64,000 nucleotides of DNA from an uncultured candidate division Zixibacteria bacterium (GTDB lineage: Bacteria > Zixibacteria > MSB-5A5 > GN15 > FEB-12), in the NCBI GenBank assembly GCA_963806185.1, contig CAWDXE010000007.1, positions 978,059 to 1,042,058 of the forward strand, written 5' to 3'. Positions 19,490 through 29,583 of the stretch are shown here, in pieces; position 1 is the first letter of the stretch; every line of letters starts with the position of its first letter. The notes beneath the pieces are model-generated. The model was not told the DNA's origin. It worked only from the letters and a program-made list of their open reading frames with translations, and made no database searches. Made by a program: the position numbers and the translations under genes.

Positions 19490-19707
19490 GCTACCAGTCA
19501 GGCGACATACGCAAGCGACGAATGGATTTGTCGAAAAACGGGCCGCGGGCGGGTCTGCCGAGGGGCGGGTGTCGTTCCAGCGGTCCATTGACAGGATAGT
19601 CCCCAACTCTGGGGTAAACGAGAACCTTGTCCGGGAGGTGTTGTTTACTCTAAAACAAAACTCAACTTTCGGGCTCGTCGCGGGCAACCGCGGCGAGCTT
19701 TATTTTT
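19490..19707 (+). ncRNA. Candidate intergenic small RNA
   Basis: TTGACA (19455)-16 bp-TATGTT upstream and a plus-strand terminator GCTCGTCGCGG-GCAA-CCGCGGCGAGC-TTTATTTTT downstream, with no convincing ORF between them. Confidence 0.4.
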
Positions 19708-20296
19708 GGTTCTTCCCTGCCCTGCCAAAGCTACGCTGACGCACCGCTTCATACAGGCAAACGCCGGCGGACACCGATACATTCAGGCTTTCAACCTTGC
19801 CGGCCATGGGAATGCGCACCAGAAAATCACAATGGTCGGCGGTGAGCCGACGGATACCTGCCCCCTCGGAGCCGAGGACGATCGCAATGGGGCCGGTAAG
19901 TTCGATCTCGTACAAAGATTGAGAGGCCTCCTCCATCGTGCCCACTATCCATATCCCCCGCTCGCGAAGCTGATCCATAGTTCGGGCCAGATTGGTGACC
20001 GGAATAAAAGGCACTCGTTCAGCCGCGCCGCAGGCAACAGTCCGGACTACGTCAGTGATGGTAACCGATCGATCTTTGGGTGCGATCACTGCCAGCACCC
20101 CGGCTCCGTCGGCTGTCCGCAGACAGGCACCCAGATTATGGGGGTCCTGCACCTGGTCCAGGATAAGCAGCAGCGGCGCCGCCGGTGTCTGTTCGAGAAG
20201 GCCAAACAGATCGTCTTCGGAGTGGGTCTTGAACCGGGCCGTCAGATTGGTGTGACGGTGATGTCGTTCGCCCTGTGATCGTGGATTTTGTCCCAT
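19700..20296 (-). CDS. rlmB: 23S rRNA Gm2251 methyltransferase, SpoU catalytic domain with a short N-terminus
   Basis: [23 protein letters not shown] and [11 protein letters not shown] motifs. Confidence 0.88.
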   Translation of the reverse strand: MGQNPRSQGERHHRHTNLTARFKTHSEDDLFGLLEQTPAAPLLLILDQVQDPHNLGACLRTADGAGVLAVIAPKDRSVTITDVVRTVACGAAERVPFIPVTNLARTMDQLRERGIWIVGTMEEASQSLYEIELTGPIAIVLGSEGAGIRRLTADHCDFLVRIPMAGKVESLNVSVSAGVCLYEAVRQRSFGRAGKNQK

Positions 20297-20332
20297 GCAA
20301 TATCTGGACCTCGGCGTTACTGCCTTTATGAA

Positions 20333-21268
20333 TCAAAACACGGAGAACTTGAAGTATTTTCTCGGATTCTTCTCTATGTCAGCCACCAGGGAGTTGATGC
20401 GCACGACAAGATTGGTGACCTCGACATAGAGGGCAGTGTCGCGCACCATGAGCCCCAGGCTGCCGTCGCCCTGGTTGACGTGCGCCATGATCGAGTCGAG
20501 TTTGGCCGAGGTCGCGGCCAGATTATCGTACAGGGCCGGGTCGTTCAGGAGGCGGCCGACGGTGGTATTCTTCTGGTTGATCGTTGTGGTGAGAGTATCG
20601 ATCGACCGGGCGGTTTGTTCGACCGAGGAGAAGAGTCGATCCTGGTTTTTCTGCAGTCCGGCAGTGAGCGCGGTGAGGCGGTCGAGTAATTCGGTCAAAC
20701 GGACATACATGGCATCGTCGCGAGCAATCTTACCCAGTGTCCCTTCTCCCCTGTTCATACGAGTCAAAAGAGAGTCGAGATTGTTGACCATCGAACCGGC
20801 GGAGGTCAGGGCTTTCTCGCCTTCCTTAAACATGGCGGTGACCTCGCCGACGTCACGGGTAGGGACTACGGCCATTTCCTCGATCTGGGGCTGGTCCAGG
20901 GTTCCGGGGATGACCTCAATATACTTGTCACCCAGAAATCCGATAGTCCCGAGCTGTACAGCCGCATTGGTAGTCATTTTCGACCAGACTCCCTTTTTTA
21001 CGCGGCAGACCACCTGCACCTGGCGGATTGAATCGAGATTGACAAAGGTAACCGAGCGTACGTTGCCCACCTCGACTCCCGACATCCATACCGGCGAGCC
21101 GGTGACAAGGCCGTTGACGTTTCGAAAGTAGCAGGTGAATTTACCCTTGGATTCGAAGATCGACGTGCCGCCGCCGGACAGCGAGGCATAAAACGCCGCA
21201 GCTATGGCGAACATGATCAGCAAGCCAACCCAAAGTTTTCCCCATCCGACGCCTATAGATCGTTTCAT
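20333..21268 (-). CDS. mlaD: MCE/MlaD-family protein
   Basis: N-terminal TM helix, GLVTGSPVWMSGVEVGNV, GFLGDKYIEV, helical C-terminus. Confidence 0.9.
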   Translation of the reverse strand: MKRSIGVGWGKLWVGLLIMFAIAAAFYASLSGGGTSIFESKGKFTCYFRNVNGLVTGSPVWMSGVEVGNVRSVTFVNLDSIRQVQVVCRVKKGVWSKMTTNAAVQLGTIGFLGDKYIEVIPGTLDQPQIEEMAVVPTRDVGEVTAMFKEGEKALTSAGSMVNNLDSLLTRMNRGEGTLGKIARDDAMYVRLTELLDRLTALTAGLQKNQDRLFSSVEQTARSIDTLTTTINQKNTTVGRLLNDPALYDNLAATSAKLDSIMAHVNQGDGSLGLMVRDTALYVEVTNLVVRINSLVADIEKNPRKYFKFSVF

Positions 21269-21310
21269 CGTAGTATCCTCAAAGTTCTCTTTCCCTGACC
21301 AAGCGACGCA

Positions 21311-22090
21311 CTATTGATTATTGACAAAACGTTTCTCCAGAACCTTTTCGAACGATTCGCGGAACGGCGCAAGAAAGTCTGTCACGCGCGGCTCCCGGGA
21401 GTCTCGAAGCTGCGACAGGTCGCCGTCAAAAGCAAGCATGCCATCGTCAATAACGAGGAAGCGGTTCGCGATCGAGAAGGCATCGGCGATTTGATGCGTA
21501 ACGACGATGGTCGAGATGCTCTTCTCGGCTGTCAATTTGTTGATCAAGTGAAGGACGAGCTCGGTTGACTGCGGGTCAAGGCCGGTGGTCGGCTCGTCGT
21601 ACAGCATGATTTTGGGATTGGTGGACAGCAGGGCGCGGCCTATGGCGACGCGGCGCTGCATACCGCCGGACAACTGCTCCGGAAGTTTATCGATGATTTC
21701 GTCGGCATCCAAACCGACAAAGCCGAGCATTTCTCTGGCCCGGGATTCGATCTCCTCCCATTTCAGCTTTGTGTGTTCGAGCAGATAATAGCCCACGTTC
21801 TCGCCGACGGTAAGCGAATCAAAGAGCGCGCCGTCCTGGAAGACCATGCCAATCTGCTTGCGTACTTCCCGTTTATGTTTCTCCCGCATCGTGCAGATGT
21901 TACTTCGATCAATATAGATTTCCCCTCGCTGTGGACACACCAGGCCGAGGATCAGGCGCAGGATGGTCGATTTCCCGGAACCGGAAGGTCCCATGATGAC
22001 CGCCGACTCGTTGTCCTCGACCCGGAACGAAACATTCCTGAGAATCGAGCGCTCGCCGTAGCTGAAATCCACATTGCGCAGCTCGATCAT
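21311..22090 (-). CDS. mlaF: MlaF-type ABC ATPase
   Basis: GPSGSGKS, FQDGALFDSL, LSGGMQRR and YDEPTTGLDP motifs. Confidence 0.92.
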   Translation of the reverse strand: MIELRNVDFSYGERSILRNVSFRVEDNESAVIMGPSGSGKSTILRLILGLVCPQRGEIYIDRSNICTMREKHKREVRKQIGMVFQDGALFDSLTVGENVGYYLLEHTKLKWEEIESRAREMLGFVGLDADEIIDKLPEQLSGGMQRRVAIGRALLSTNPKIMLYDEPTTGLDPQSTELVLHLINKLTAEKSISTIVVTHQIADAFSIANRFLVIDDGMLAFDGDLSQLRDSREPRVTDFLAPFRESFEKVLEKRFVNNQ

Positions 22091-22896
22091 AGGTATCCCT
22101 TAATCCAGGAAAAGACAACCTTGGTTACGAAGAAGTCGACCACCAGGATAATGATCGAACTCAGCATCACCGATTCGGTAGTGGCTCGTCCGACACCCTT
22201 GGTGCCACCTTCGGCAGTGAAGCCCTTGTAACACGATATAAAGGCGATGACAAAGGAAAAGAGAAACGGCTTCAACAAACCCACGAAGAGATTCCCGAAG
22301 ATCAGGCGTTCTTTGACCGCTGACCAATACATGGTGGAGGTAACGTGCGAGATAAACAGCGCAATCACCCATCCGCCCACGAGCGCGACCACGTCACAAA
22401 CGATTGTCAGCGCCGGAACCATTATGATGAGGGCGATCAGTCGGGGTGTGGCGAGCTTTCTGATCGGATCAATGCCGAATGCAACCATGGCGTCAAGCTG
22501 ATTGGATGATTTCATGGCGCCGATCTCGGCGGTGATGCCGGAGGCGACGCGCGCGGCGATCATCAGGGCGGTCAAGGTTGGCGCCAGGCTCCGGATCATG
22601 GCTATGGACATGATTCGGCCGATATAATTCTTGGCGCCGAAATCGGCCAATTCAACGGAGAAAGCGAGGGCAAACCCCTGTCCGGAGAAGGTGCCGGTGA
22701 GAACAATCAGAAAGAGCGAGCCAACGCCGATCAGGTACATCTGCTCAAGGGTCTCCTCGACATAGAAAGGACGACCGAACAGCGAAGCGAGCATTCGCAT
22801 CGAAAAGAAAAAGAGATTCTGGCTCTCAAAGGCAAAGCGCTTGAGACCGTTGTTGATCGCGCTTATAATAGCGGGCTCCTCCAGACTTCTTGGCAA
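22087..22896 (-). CDS. mlaE: MlaE-type ABC permease
   Basis: ARVASGITAEIGAMK...QLDAM and GGTKGVGRATTESV motifs. Confidence 0.92.
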   Translation of the reverse strand: MPRSLEEPAIISAINNGLKRFAFESQNLFFFSMRMLASLFGRPFYVEETLEQMYLIGVGSLFLIVLTGTFSGQGFALAFSVELADFGAKNYIGRIMSIAMIRSLAPTLTALMIAARVASGITAEIGAMKSSNQLDAMVAFGIDPIRKLATPRLIALIIMVPALTIVCDVVALVGGWVIALFISHVTSTMYWSAVKERLIFGNLFVGLLKPFLFSFVIAFISCYKGFTAEGGTKGVGRATTESVMLSSIIILVVDFFVTKVVFSWIKGYL

Positions 22897-22997
22897 TGGT
22901 AGGCCCCGGCAGGCAGTTAGTCAAGCAATTTGCCCACTTGGACATAAGGGATCGATGACTTATATTTTCGACGATTACGGTTTGCTGACACTGAGGA

Positions 22998-24035
22998 ATG
23001 AACTTGGCAATGTACAATACGGACGGGACCAAGCGGGGCCACGCAATCGCGCTATTTTCAGGGGGGCTCGATTCGGCGCTGGCGATCCTGCTGATGCTTC
23101 GCCAGAATATAGAAGTGACAGCGCTGACGTTCATGACCCACTTCGGGTGCGATTTGGGTGACCGCTCATCGTGCGGGTCCAACCCCTACCCTACCGCAGA
23201 GAAGTTCGGGTTCAACGTCAAGCTGATGCATTTGGGTCAGAAGTTTGTCGAGATTGTCGAGAAGCCGAAATTCGGGCGCGGGGCACACATGAATGTGTGT
23301 GTTGACTGCCGGATACTGATGCTCACTGAAGCCAAGAATTTCATGGAGATGACAAACGCCGATTTTATCATCACCGGCGAGGTCCTGGGCCAACGTCCGT
23401 TTTCACAGGTGCGCGACAAGATGTTCCTGGTTATCAAGGAGTCCGGCCTGCAAGGCAAGCTACTGCGCCCTTTATCGGCCAAGCTTCTCCCCCCGACCGA
23501 CGCGGAGATGAGCGGACTCGTGGACAGGGAGAAACTGGAAGCGATCCGGGGTCGATCCCGCAAGCGGCAGATAGAATTGGCACGCGAATTCGGACTGGAG
23601 GATTATCCGAATCCTGCGTCCGGCTGTCTGCTTACAGACGCGGGGTATTCCAATCGGCTTCGCGACCTGCTGGCCCATACGGCACATGTGACTTTCGATG
23701 ATCTCAATCTTCTCAAAGTCGGCCGGCATTTCCGGCTTGATAGTCAGACGAAAGTGATAGTTGGTCGCAACGAGACAGAGAATCGGCAGATAGTTGCCTA
23801 TCGCCGGCCACAACACGTTCTGCTTGAAGCGGTTGATGTGACCTCGCCGACCACGCTACTGATTGGCCCGCCCACTGATGAGAATATTACAAAGGCGGCA
23901 ATGATCACCGCCCGGTACACGCATGCTCGAAACGAGACCTCCGTTCGAATCGCTGCCCATGGATCTGAGCTTGAAAGAAATCTTGAAATTCAGCCGGCCA
24001 GCGAGCACGACTGTGATTGTGTCGCCGTTCGGTAG
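22998..24035 (+). CDS. ThiI/MnmA-like PP-loop tRNA thiolation enzyme with a C-terminal NFACT-R (DUF814)-like domain
   Basis: SGGLDS, CVDCR, TGEVLGQRPFSQ, GCLLT, GRHFR...VGRN motifs. The true start may be the ATG at 23010. Confidence 0.82.
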   Translation: MNLAMYNTDGTKRGHAIALFSGGLDSALAILLMLRQNIEVTALTFMTHFGCDLGDRSSCGSNPYPTAEKFGFNVKLMHLGQKFVEIVEKPKFGRGAHMNVCVDCRILMLTEAKNFMEMTNADFIITGEVLGQRPFSQVRDKMFLVIKESGLQGKLLRPLSAKLLPPTDAEMSGLVDREKLEAIRGRSRKRQIELAREFGLEDYPNPASGCLLTDAGYSNRLRDLLAHTAHVTFDDLNLLKVGRHFRLDSQTKVIVGRNETENRQIVAYRRPQHVLLEAVDVTSPTTLLIGPPTDENITKAAMITARYTHARNETSVRIAAHGSELERNLEIQPASEHDCDCVAVR

Positions 24036-24162
24036 TCGAGTAGATTGATCCACAACAACTTACTCACCTCGTTCAAGGGTTGATATTTCGTTCAATTTCA
24101 CTGCGATTCGTTCCGATATATAGGCTATCGGACCGTTTCAGCGTACAATACGTACGCCCCTG

Positions 24163-24847
24163 ATGAGAAAATCCCGAGTGGAGGATATCTTCATGATGAG
24201 ACTCATTCAGTTAACCATTTTTCTCGCTGTGATACTGGCCTCAATTCCAAAGGCGGCTGCTGATGTGGCGGTCAGCGCGACTGTCACCGACGAGGGTCTG
24301 AAGACATTTCATCTGGCGATAGGTGATTTTTTTAAGGTGTCTGGAGACGAGGTGGCATATGTTCGTGACCGGCATATTCCCGACGACGAGATGCCAGTGG
24401 TATTCTTCCTGGCGCGACGTGCGGAAGCCTCGCCGACTTTTATCGTGGATCTTCGCCTGGCCAGGATGTCGTGGATGGATATCACCCGCAAGCTCGGCCT
24501 GGGCGCAGATATCTATTATGTAGAGGTAAAGCACGCGCCCGGCCCGCCCTACGGAAGGGCCTATGGTTTCTACAAGGATACGCCCCGCAAGAAGTGGGGC
24601 ACGATTGCCCTGGCCGATGACGACATCATCAACCTGGTCAACCTGAGGTTCATCTCCCAGCAATACCGTTACTCGCCCGATATGGTGATCAAGCAGCGCT
24701 GCTGCGGGCAAGAACTTCGTCCTGATCAATCAGGACGTCAAGATCGGCAAGGAGAAGCAGAAAAATCGGAAGGCACAGCAAGCGGCGTTGAACGACGATG
24801 ACAGTGGCAAAGTGAACAAGGGGAATGCCAAGAAGAAAGAAAAGTAA
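24163..24847 (+). CDS. Exported hypothetical protein; probable frameshift near 24700
   Basis: Signal peptide and GPPYGRAYG motif. The +1 frame continues AAGKNFVLIN...KKKEK to a TAA at 24847, just before a terminator. Confidence 0.7.
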
Positions 24848-24874
24848 CCGCTGTTCGCTCAGCGTCAAAATGGC

Positions 24875-24910
24875 AATGCCGTCAGGAGTTTCACTTCCTG
24901 ACGGCATTTT
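24875..24910. terminator. Terminator between convergent genes, probably bidirectional
   Basis: AATGCCGTCAGGA/TCCTGACGGCATT stem followed by a T-run. Confidence 0.8.
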
Positions 24911-24948
24911 CGTTTGCCTAACTTTCCGACAATGCGTGGACGTTCAAC

Positions 24949-26481
24949 CTACAGCTTGATCTCGCCGACCGCTTCTTCGACCGCCTCGACAATCGAACCG
25001 TCCCGGACAAGCGCCGTGACGATTTCGATATCGGGGTAAAGGACGCGATCATTGACGAGCTTTTTCAGCTTGCGACGGATGACCTTGTAGGCGGCCTCGG
25101 AGCCCTTACCGGCCTTGAGTGGACGCTTGAAGTCGAGTGCTTGCGCGCAGGACATCAATTGAATCGCGATAACGATTTCAGTATTGCGCACGATCTCGGT
25201 CAATTTGCTGGCTGTCACTGAGCCCATGCAGACATGGTCTTCCTGATCGGCTGACACGGAGATGTTGTCCACCACTGCCGGGTGCGAGAGTATCTTGTTC
25301 TCCGAGACGAGGGCGGCGGCCGAGTACTGGGCGACCATCAGGCCGCTGTTGAGACCACGACCTTCAACAAGGAAATCCGGGAGGCCGGACAGCACCGGGT
25401 TCATCAGGCGATTGGTATGACGTTCCGCCAGATCGGCAAATTCGGAAACAGCAATCGCCAGGAAGTCCTGCGCCATGGCTACTGCCTGTCCGTGGAAATT
25501 GCCGGCGGCGAGGTACTCGTCTTCTTTAGTGAAGAAGAGCGGATTGTCAGCGACACCGTTGGCTTCGTTGAGATGGGTCTCGGTAACGTACCGGATAGCA
25601 TCGAGCGACGGCCCCAGGATTTGCGGAATGCAGCGGAGCGAGTAGGCGTCCTGCACTTTTCCTTTGTTGGCCGGGATCGTTTCCGATTGGGCGATAAGGC
25701 GACGGACGTTTTCGGCTACGACTTGCTGACCGCGATGGTTGCGAATCTTGTGCACGCGCGGATCGAAGGCGGCCGTGCCCGAGCTAATGCAATCAGCGGT
25801 AAATGATGCCGCGATGATGGCATTCTTGGCGAGCTTATAGATATCGTGCAGGGCGAGCGTGCCAACACCCGTGAAGGCCTGGGTACCATTAATAAGTCCG
25901 AGACCCTCCTTGTAGCTGAGGGTGACCGGTGCAATGCCGGCCGCTTTGAGCGCCGCGGCACCGGACATCTTCTTCCCCTGATAGTGCGCCCAACCCTCGC
26001 CGATGACTACCTCGGCCATCTGCGAAAGCGGCGCCAGGTCGCCCGAAGTGCCCAGCGAGCCCTTCTTATAAATTACGGGGTGCACCCCTTTGTTCAGCAT
26101 TGCGATAAGCGTGTCGACAATCAGCAGCCGAACGCCCGAGTATCCTTTGGAAAGCGTGTTGACTCGGAGCAGCATGGCGGCCCGGACGTGATCCTCGGGG
26201 ATCTCGTCGCCGACCGCTGCGGCGTGCGAGTAAACAATGCGCTTTTGAAGTTCTGTCCCCTGTTCGGGGGATATCATGATGCGGGCGAATTCACCGATGC
26301 CGGTGGTGACGCCGTAGATCGGCAACCCGGCTTTGACTTTGCGTTCGATTACCGCACGATTGGCCTTGATGGCCTGCTTGGCTTCGTCGGAGAGTTTGAC
26401 TTTTGCCTTACCCCGGCAGACGGCCGCGATCTGATCGATGGTCAGATCGTTCCCGGTAATGACAACATCTTTACCTGCCAT
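24949..26481 (-). CDS. hutH: Histidine ammonia-lyase / aromatic amino acid lyase family (MIO) enzyme
   Basis: YGVTTG, YSHAA, GTSGDLAPL, KEGLGLING, QDAYSLRC, GNFHG and QEDHV motifs. Confidence 0.85.
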   Translation of the reverse strand: MAGKDVVITGNDLTIDQIAAVCRGKAKVKLSDEAKQAIKANRAVIERKVKAGLPIYGVTTGIGEFARIMISPEQGTELQKRIVYSHAAAVGDEIPEDHVRAAMLLRVNTLSKGYSGVRLLIVDTLIAMLNKGVHPVIYKKGSLGTSGDLAPLSQMAEVVIGEGWAHYQGKKMSGAAALKAAGIAPVTLSYKEGLGLINGTQAFTGVGTLALHDIYKLAKNAIIAASFTADCISSGTAAFDPRVHKIRNHRGQQVVAENVRRLIAQSETIPANKGKVQDAYSLRCIPQILGPSLDAIRYVTETHLNEANGVADNPLFFTKEDEYLAAGNFHGQAVAMAQDFLAIAVSEFADLAERHTNRLMNPVLSGLPDFLVEGRGLNSGLMVAQYSAAALVSENKILSHPAVVDNISVSADQEDHVCMGSVTASKLTEIVRNTEIVIAIQLMSCAQALDFKRPLKAGKGSEAAYKVIRRKLKKLVNDRVLYPDIEIVTALVRDGSIVEAVEEAVGEIKL

Positions 26482-26757
26482 ACCACACCTACAATTTCGA
26501 TTTATGGTTGATGAATCTTATTACAAAAGTAGCGCTATGAAACGGATGAGCTATTCATCCTGGAGTCCGGAACCGGACAGAGCATTGTAGCATTTCGCAA
26601 AGGAACGGATTGGCTTTGGACGAACGGCCACCCTTTTGAATCGTAGAAAGACGCGATACATGGCTATGCTCCTTGCTGCAAATATAGAGCACCGAAATTA
26701 TGATTGTCAATCGGTAATCAGTGACACATTATGTAGGATATTGGGCACGAATCAGAT

Positions 26758-27573
26758 ATGAGTCTTCGCTTCGTAGCATTTGACACCGAGACGACCGGCC
26801 TTTGGGCACCGGTCCATAATATTGTAGAGATTGGGGCGGTCGCTTTCTCACTGGAAGGTGACGATACTGAGAATTTTCAGACCCTGGTCAATCCGGGGAG
26901 GAAGATGCCGCCGGAGGTCATACGGATTCATGGGATTACCGATGACATGGTCGCCGGGGCGCCCCCGGCACCAGAAGCGTTGGCTCAGTTCTTTGCGTTT
27001 TGTGGCGATGACTCAGTACTCATCGCGCACAACGCCATGTTTGACATCTCATTTCTGGCCGCCGAGATCGAGCGGGCTCAGATTGCTTTCCCCTCCAATC
27101 CGGTGCTCGATACGGTGCAACTGTACCACAAGTACCTCCCCGGTCTGCCCTCCTACTCGCTGGAGTCACTATCGATCGGGCTCGGCTTGACCCGGCACCA
27201 GGAACACCGGGCACTTTCGGATGCGCTGTTGGTAATGGGGTTGATTCGGCGACTGGCGGATTCGCTGGGCGGGATGGAATCACGCGAGGCGGTCATGGCG
27301 CGATTTGGGCATCACTTTATGGCTGACGGGCGCATCGAGGAAGCAGTTTTGCCGGACGAGTTCGACGAACTTCGCACTGGCATCGCCAACCGGAGTCGGA
27401 TCGAGATAGAATATGAATCGACCGGCAAACCGCCGACGACCCGTGTGATTCAGGCCAAACGAATCATGATGCAGAAGAATCAGTTTTACTTGTTCGCGTA
27501 TTGTGAACTGGCCGAGGCGGATCGGACGTTTCGGCTGGACCGGATACTCCGGTATCGCGTGCTCGACAAATGA
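26758..27573 (+). CDS. DEDDh 3'-5' exonuclease (DnaQ-like) fused to a C-terminal WYL domain
   Basis: FDTETTG, AHNAMFDISFL and HRALSDA exonuclease motifs. C-terminal YLFAYCELAEADRTFRLDRI is WYL-like. Confidence 0.88.
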   Translation: MSLRFVAFDTETTGLWAPVHNIVEIGAVAFSLEGDDTENFQTLVNPGRKMPPEVIRIHGITDDMVAGAPPAPEALAQFFAFCGDDSVLIAHNAMFDISFLAAEIERAQIAFPSNPVLDTVQLYHKYLPGLPSYSLESLSIGLGLTRHQEHRALSDALLVMGLIRRLADSLGGMESREAVMARFGHHFMADGRIEEAVLPDEFDELRTGIANRSRIEIEYESTGKPPTTRVIQAKRIMMQKNQFYLFAYCELAEADRTFRLDRILRYRVLDK

Positions 27574-27717
27574 TCTGCCATCGATAACGCGGACCGCATT
27601 TCTCCCTTTTTCACTTTTGTCCTGTTTCCCGCAGGTTGACCTTCCGGGAACCTTTCCTGATGCTTCCCGTTACAGGGAGCATCAGACATAACAGTCAAAA
27701 CAATTTGAGGTGTAGAT

Positions 27718-28323
27718 ATGGCTTTCACTCTTCCGGAATTAGGATATGCGTACGACGCGCTGGAACCGTTCATCGACAAAGAAACGATGAACATCCATCA
27801 CACCAAGCATCATCAGACCTATGTGACCAAGTTGAATCAGGCGGTCGAGAAGTATCCTGATTTGCAGACGCAGACGGCGGAGCAGTTGATCACGAATCTG
27901 AATGCTGTGCCGGAGGCGGTGCGGACGGCAGTTCGTAATCATGGCGGCGGGGTGGCCAATCACTCGTTCTTCTGGCAGCACTTGAAGAAAGACGTCAAGT
28001 TTTCCGGCGCGGCTGCGGAGATGATCACGAAGAAGTTCGGCGGGTTCGACCAGTTCAAGGAGCAGTTTTCGACGGCCGCGGCCAACGTGTTTGGTTCCGG
28101 CTGGGCCTGGCTGGTGCTCAATCATGGCGAGTTGGAGATCATGTCGACGCCCAATCAGGACTCCCCTCTGACGGTCGGCAAGAAGCCGATTCTCTGTCTT
28201 GATGTGTGGGAGCATGCATATTACCTGAAATATCAGAATCGCCGGCCGGATTATATCACTGCGTTTTTCAGCGTGATTAACTGGCAGAAGGCGGACGAGA
28301 ATCTGTCACACGCAAAGAAGTAG
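27718..28323 (+). CDS. sodA: Mn/Fe superoxide dismutase
   Basis: [19 protein letters not shown] and DVWEHAYY motifs. Confidence 0.95.
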   Translation: MAFTLPELGYAYDALEPFIDKETMNIHHTKHHQTYVTKLNQAVEKYPDLQTQTAEQLITNLNAVPEAVRTAVRNHGGGVANHSFFWQHLKKDVKFSGAAAEMITKKFGGFDQFKEQFSTAAANVFGSGWAWLVLNHGELEIMSTPNQDSPLTVGKKPILCLDVWEHAYYLKYQNRRPDYITAFFSVINWQKADENLSHAKK

Positions 28324-28355
28324 TTTCTTTCCTGGTCCCATATTGCAGAAGGCAG

Positions 28356-28400
28356 CGGCCGCTCAGAGATGAGCGGCCGTTTGTATTTGTTTTGTTTTTG
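28356..28400 (+). terminator. Intrinsic terminator after the SOD gene
   Basis: CGGCCGCTCA-GAGA-TGAGCGGCCG followed by a T-rich tract. Confidence 0.85.
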
Positions 28401-28477
28401 TTTGGGGGAAGGTTGTCGTTTGACGGCAGCGGCAGTCTGATAGGAAGGGGGGGGCGGTGCGGCGCTACTGATGACTG

Positions 28478-29212
28478 CTACTCCTCGGGGCTCCCCCACA
28501 TTCTGATTTCGGGTTCGCCCGGATTTAATTCCTGGCTAATGAGCTCTTTGATACTCTCAAAGTGCTCCTCGTGAAAGCACATGATGCTCAGAACCTGTGT
28601 GTCAAAATTCCTGATGTAGAGATAATCGAACAGGCCCGCGAAACCGATCCCCCAGGGATCCCCCATCTTGTGAGTTGCGAATAGTTCGATGACATTCAAT
28701 AGTCGAGATTTCGGGAAAAAACCGACGGACCACAGGGTATAGTTGTGAACCTGGGTCGTTGCATCAATTGCCCAGTGGGTTTCTTCTTCTGAGTACTCTC
28801 GTATAGTGAGAAATGCTCCTGCTGTTAGTGTTTTCCGTTTCAGCCGTTCTTCAATTTTGCGAAGGTCACGACCGTGTGCTAAGCCATGTAGGAGGACCAT
28901 CTCCCCGTGATATCTGTCCGTTGCCATTTTGAGGAAATCCGTATTGTGGAATTTCCATGACCCGCCCAAGTCAAATGTCAGGTGAGGAGGTTTGTCATCG
29001 GAGGCATGCATGCGTTTTCGGCCCTCGGCTGAGGCTCCGTCATAAATATAATAAGGCACAGATTCTCCCTCTGGAGTCTCGCTATCGAGAATATTGCGTA
29101 ACATAGCACCTCTTCTCCACATGACGCAATCGATTTGGGGGATGTTTTGTCCCGTGGATTCTGGCTCCTTCGGAATCGCGCTCTGCGCGTTCCTTCGGAG
29201 CCAGAATGACAA
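28478..29212 (-). CDS. Hypothetical protein (start uncertain)
   Basis: Long ORF, more AT-rich than its neighbours, with no recognisable motif. Confidence 0.55.
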   Translation of the reverse strand: MSFWLRRNAQSAIPKEPESTGQNIPQIDCVMWRRGAMLRNILDSETPEGESVPYYIYDGASAEGRKRMHASDDKPPHLTFDLGGSWKFHNTDFLKMATDRYHGEMVLLHGLAHGRDLRKIEERLKRKTLTAGAFLTIREYSEEETHWAIDATTQVHNYTLWSVGFFPKSRLLNVIELFATHKMGDPWGIGFAGLFDYLYIRNFDTQVLSIMCFHEEHFESIKELISQELNPGEPEIRMWGSPEE

Positions 29213-29308
29213 TTCGGCGGTCGTCGCTTTCCGAGACCGCTGGTCATCATTTTACCTATCTCTCAATCTCTCAATCCCTCTCCCCTGACCTTCCCTGTCA
29301 AAATGGTA

Positions 29309-29358
29309 TTGACAGTTCGGCTGGGTTGGGTATCCTTATACTGAACATTTGAGCAGTA
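29309..29358 (+). promoter_or_regulatory. imuA promoter with a putative LexA operator (29339-29358)
   Basis: TTGACA-16 bp-TATCCT followed closely by the palindrome TACTGAACATTTGAGCAGTA. Confidence 0.8.
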
Positions 29359-29387
29359 CCATTGCGCGCGACGTGAGTTGCTGGCGG

Positions 29388-29575
29388 GGCGGTGGACACT
29401 GAGGTCCTGAACCTTTAAGAAAAGGTTCAGGATGATAATTCGGGGGGTAGGTTCAGGATGACAAAGCGTGGGGGTTGTTGCAAATGGTGAGGCGGTGGAC
29501 GCTGAGGTCCTGAACCTTTAAGAAAAGGTTCAGGATGACAAAGTGCGGGAAAAGATTCAGGATGACAATTCTGGG
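29388..29575. repeat. Tandem ~103-bp REP-like palindromic repeat in the imuA leader
   Basis: Two copies of CCTGAACCTT-TAAGAA-AAGGTTCAGG and four copies of TTCAGGATGA(C/T)AA. Confidence 0.85.
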
Positions 29576-29583
29576 GGAAAATT

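Noticed and set aside
26676..26692. Third LexA box upstream of the exonuclease-WYL gene (CTGCAAATATAGAGCAC)
   Set aside because: Spacing is one base too long and the right half-site is CAC, not CAG.
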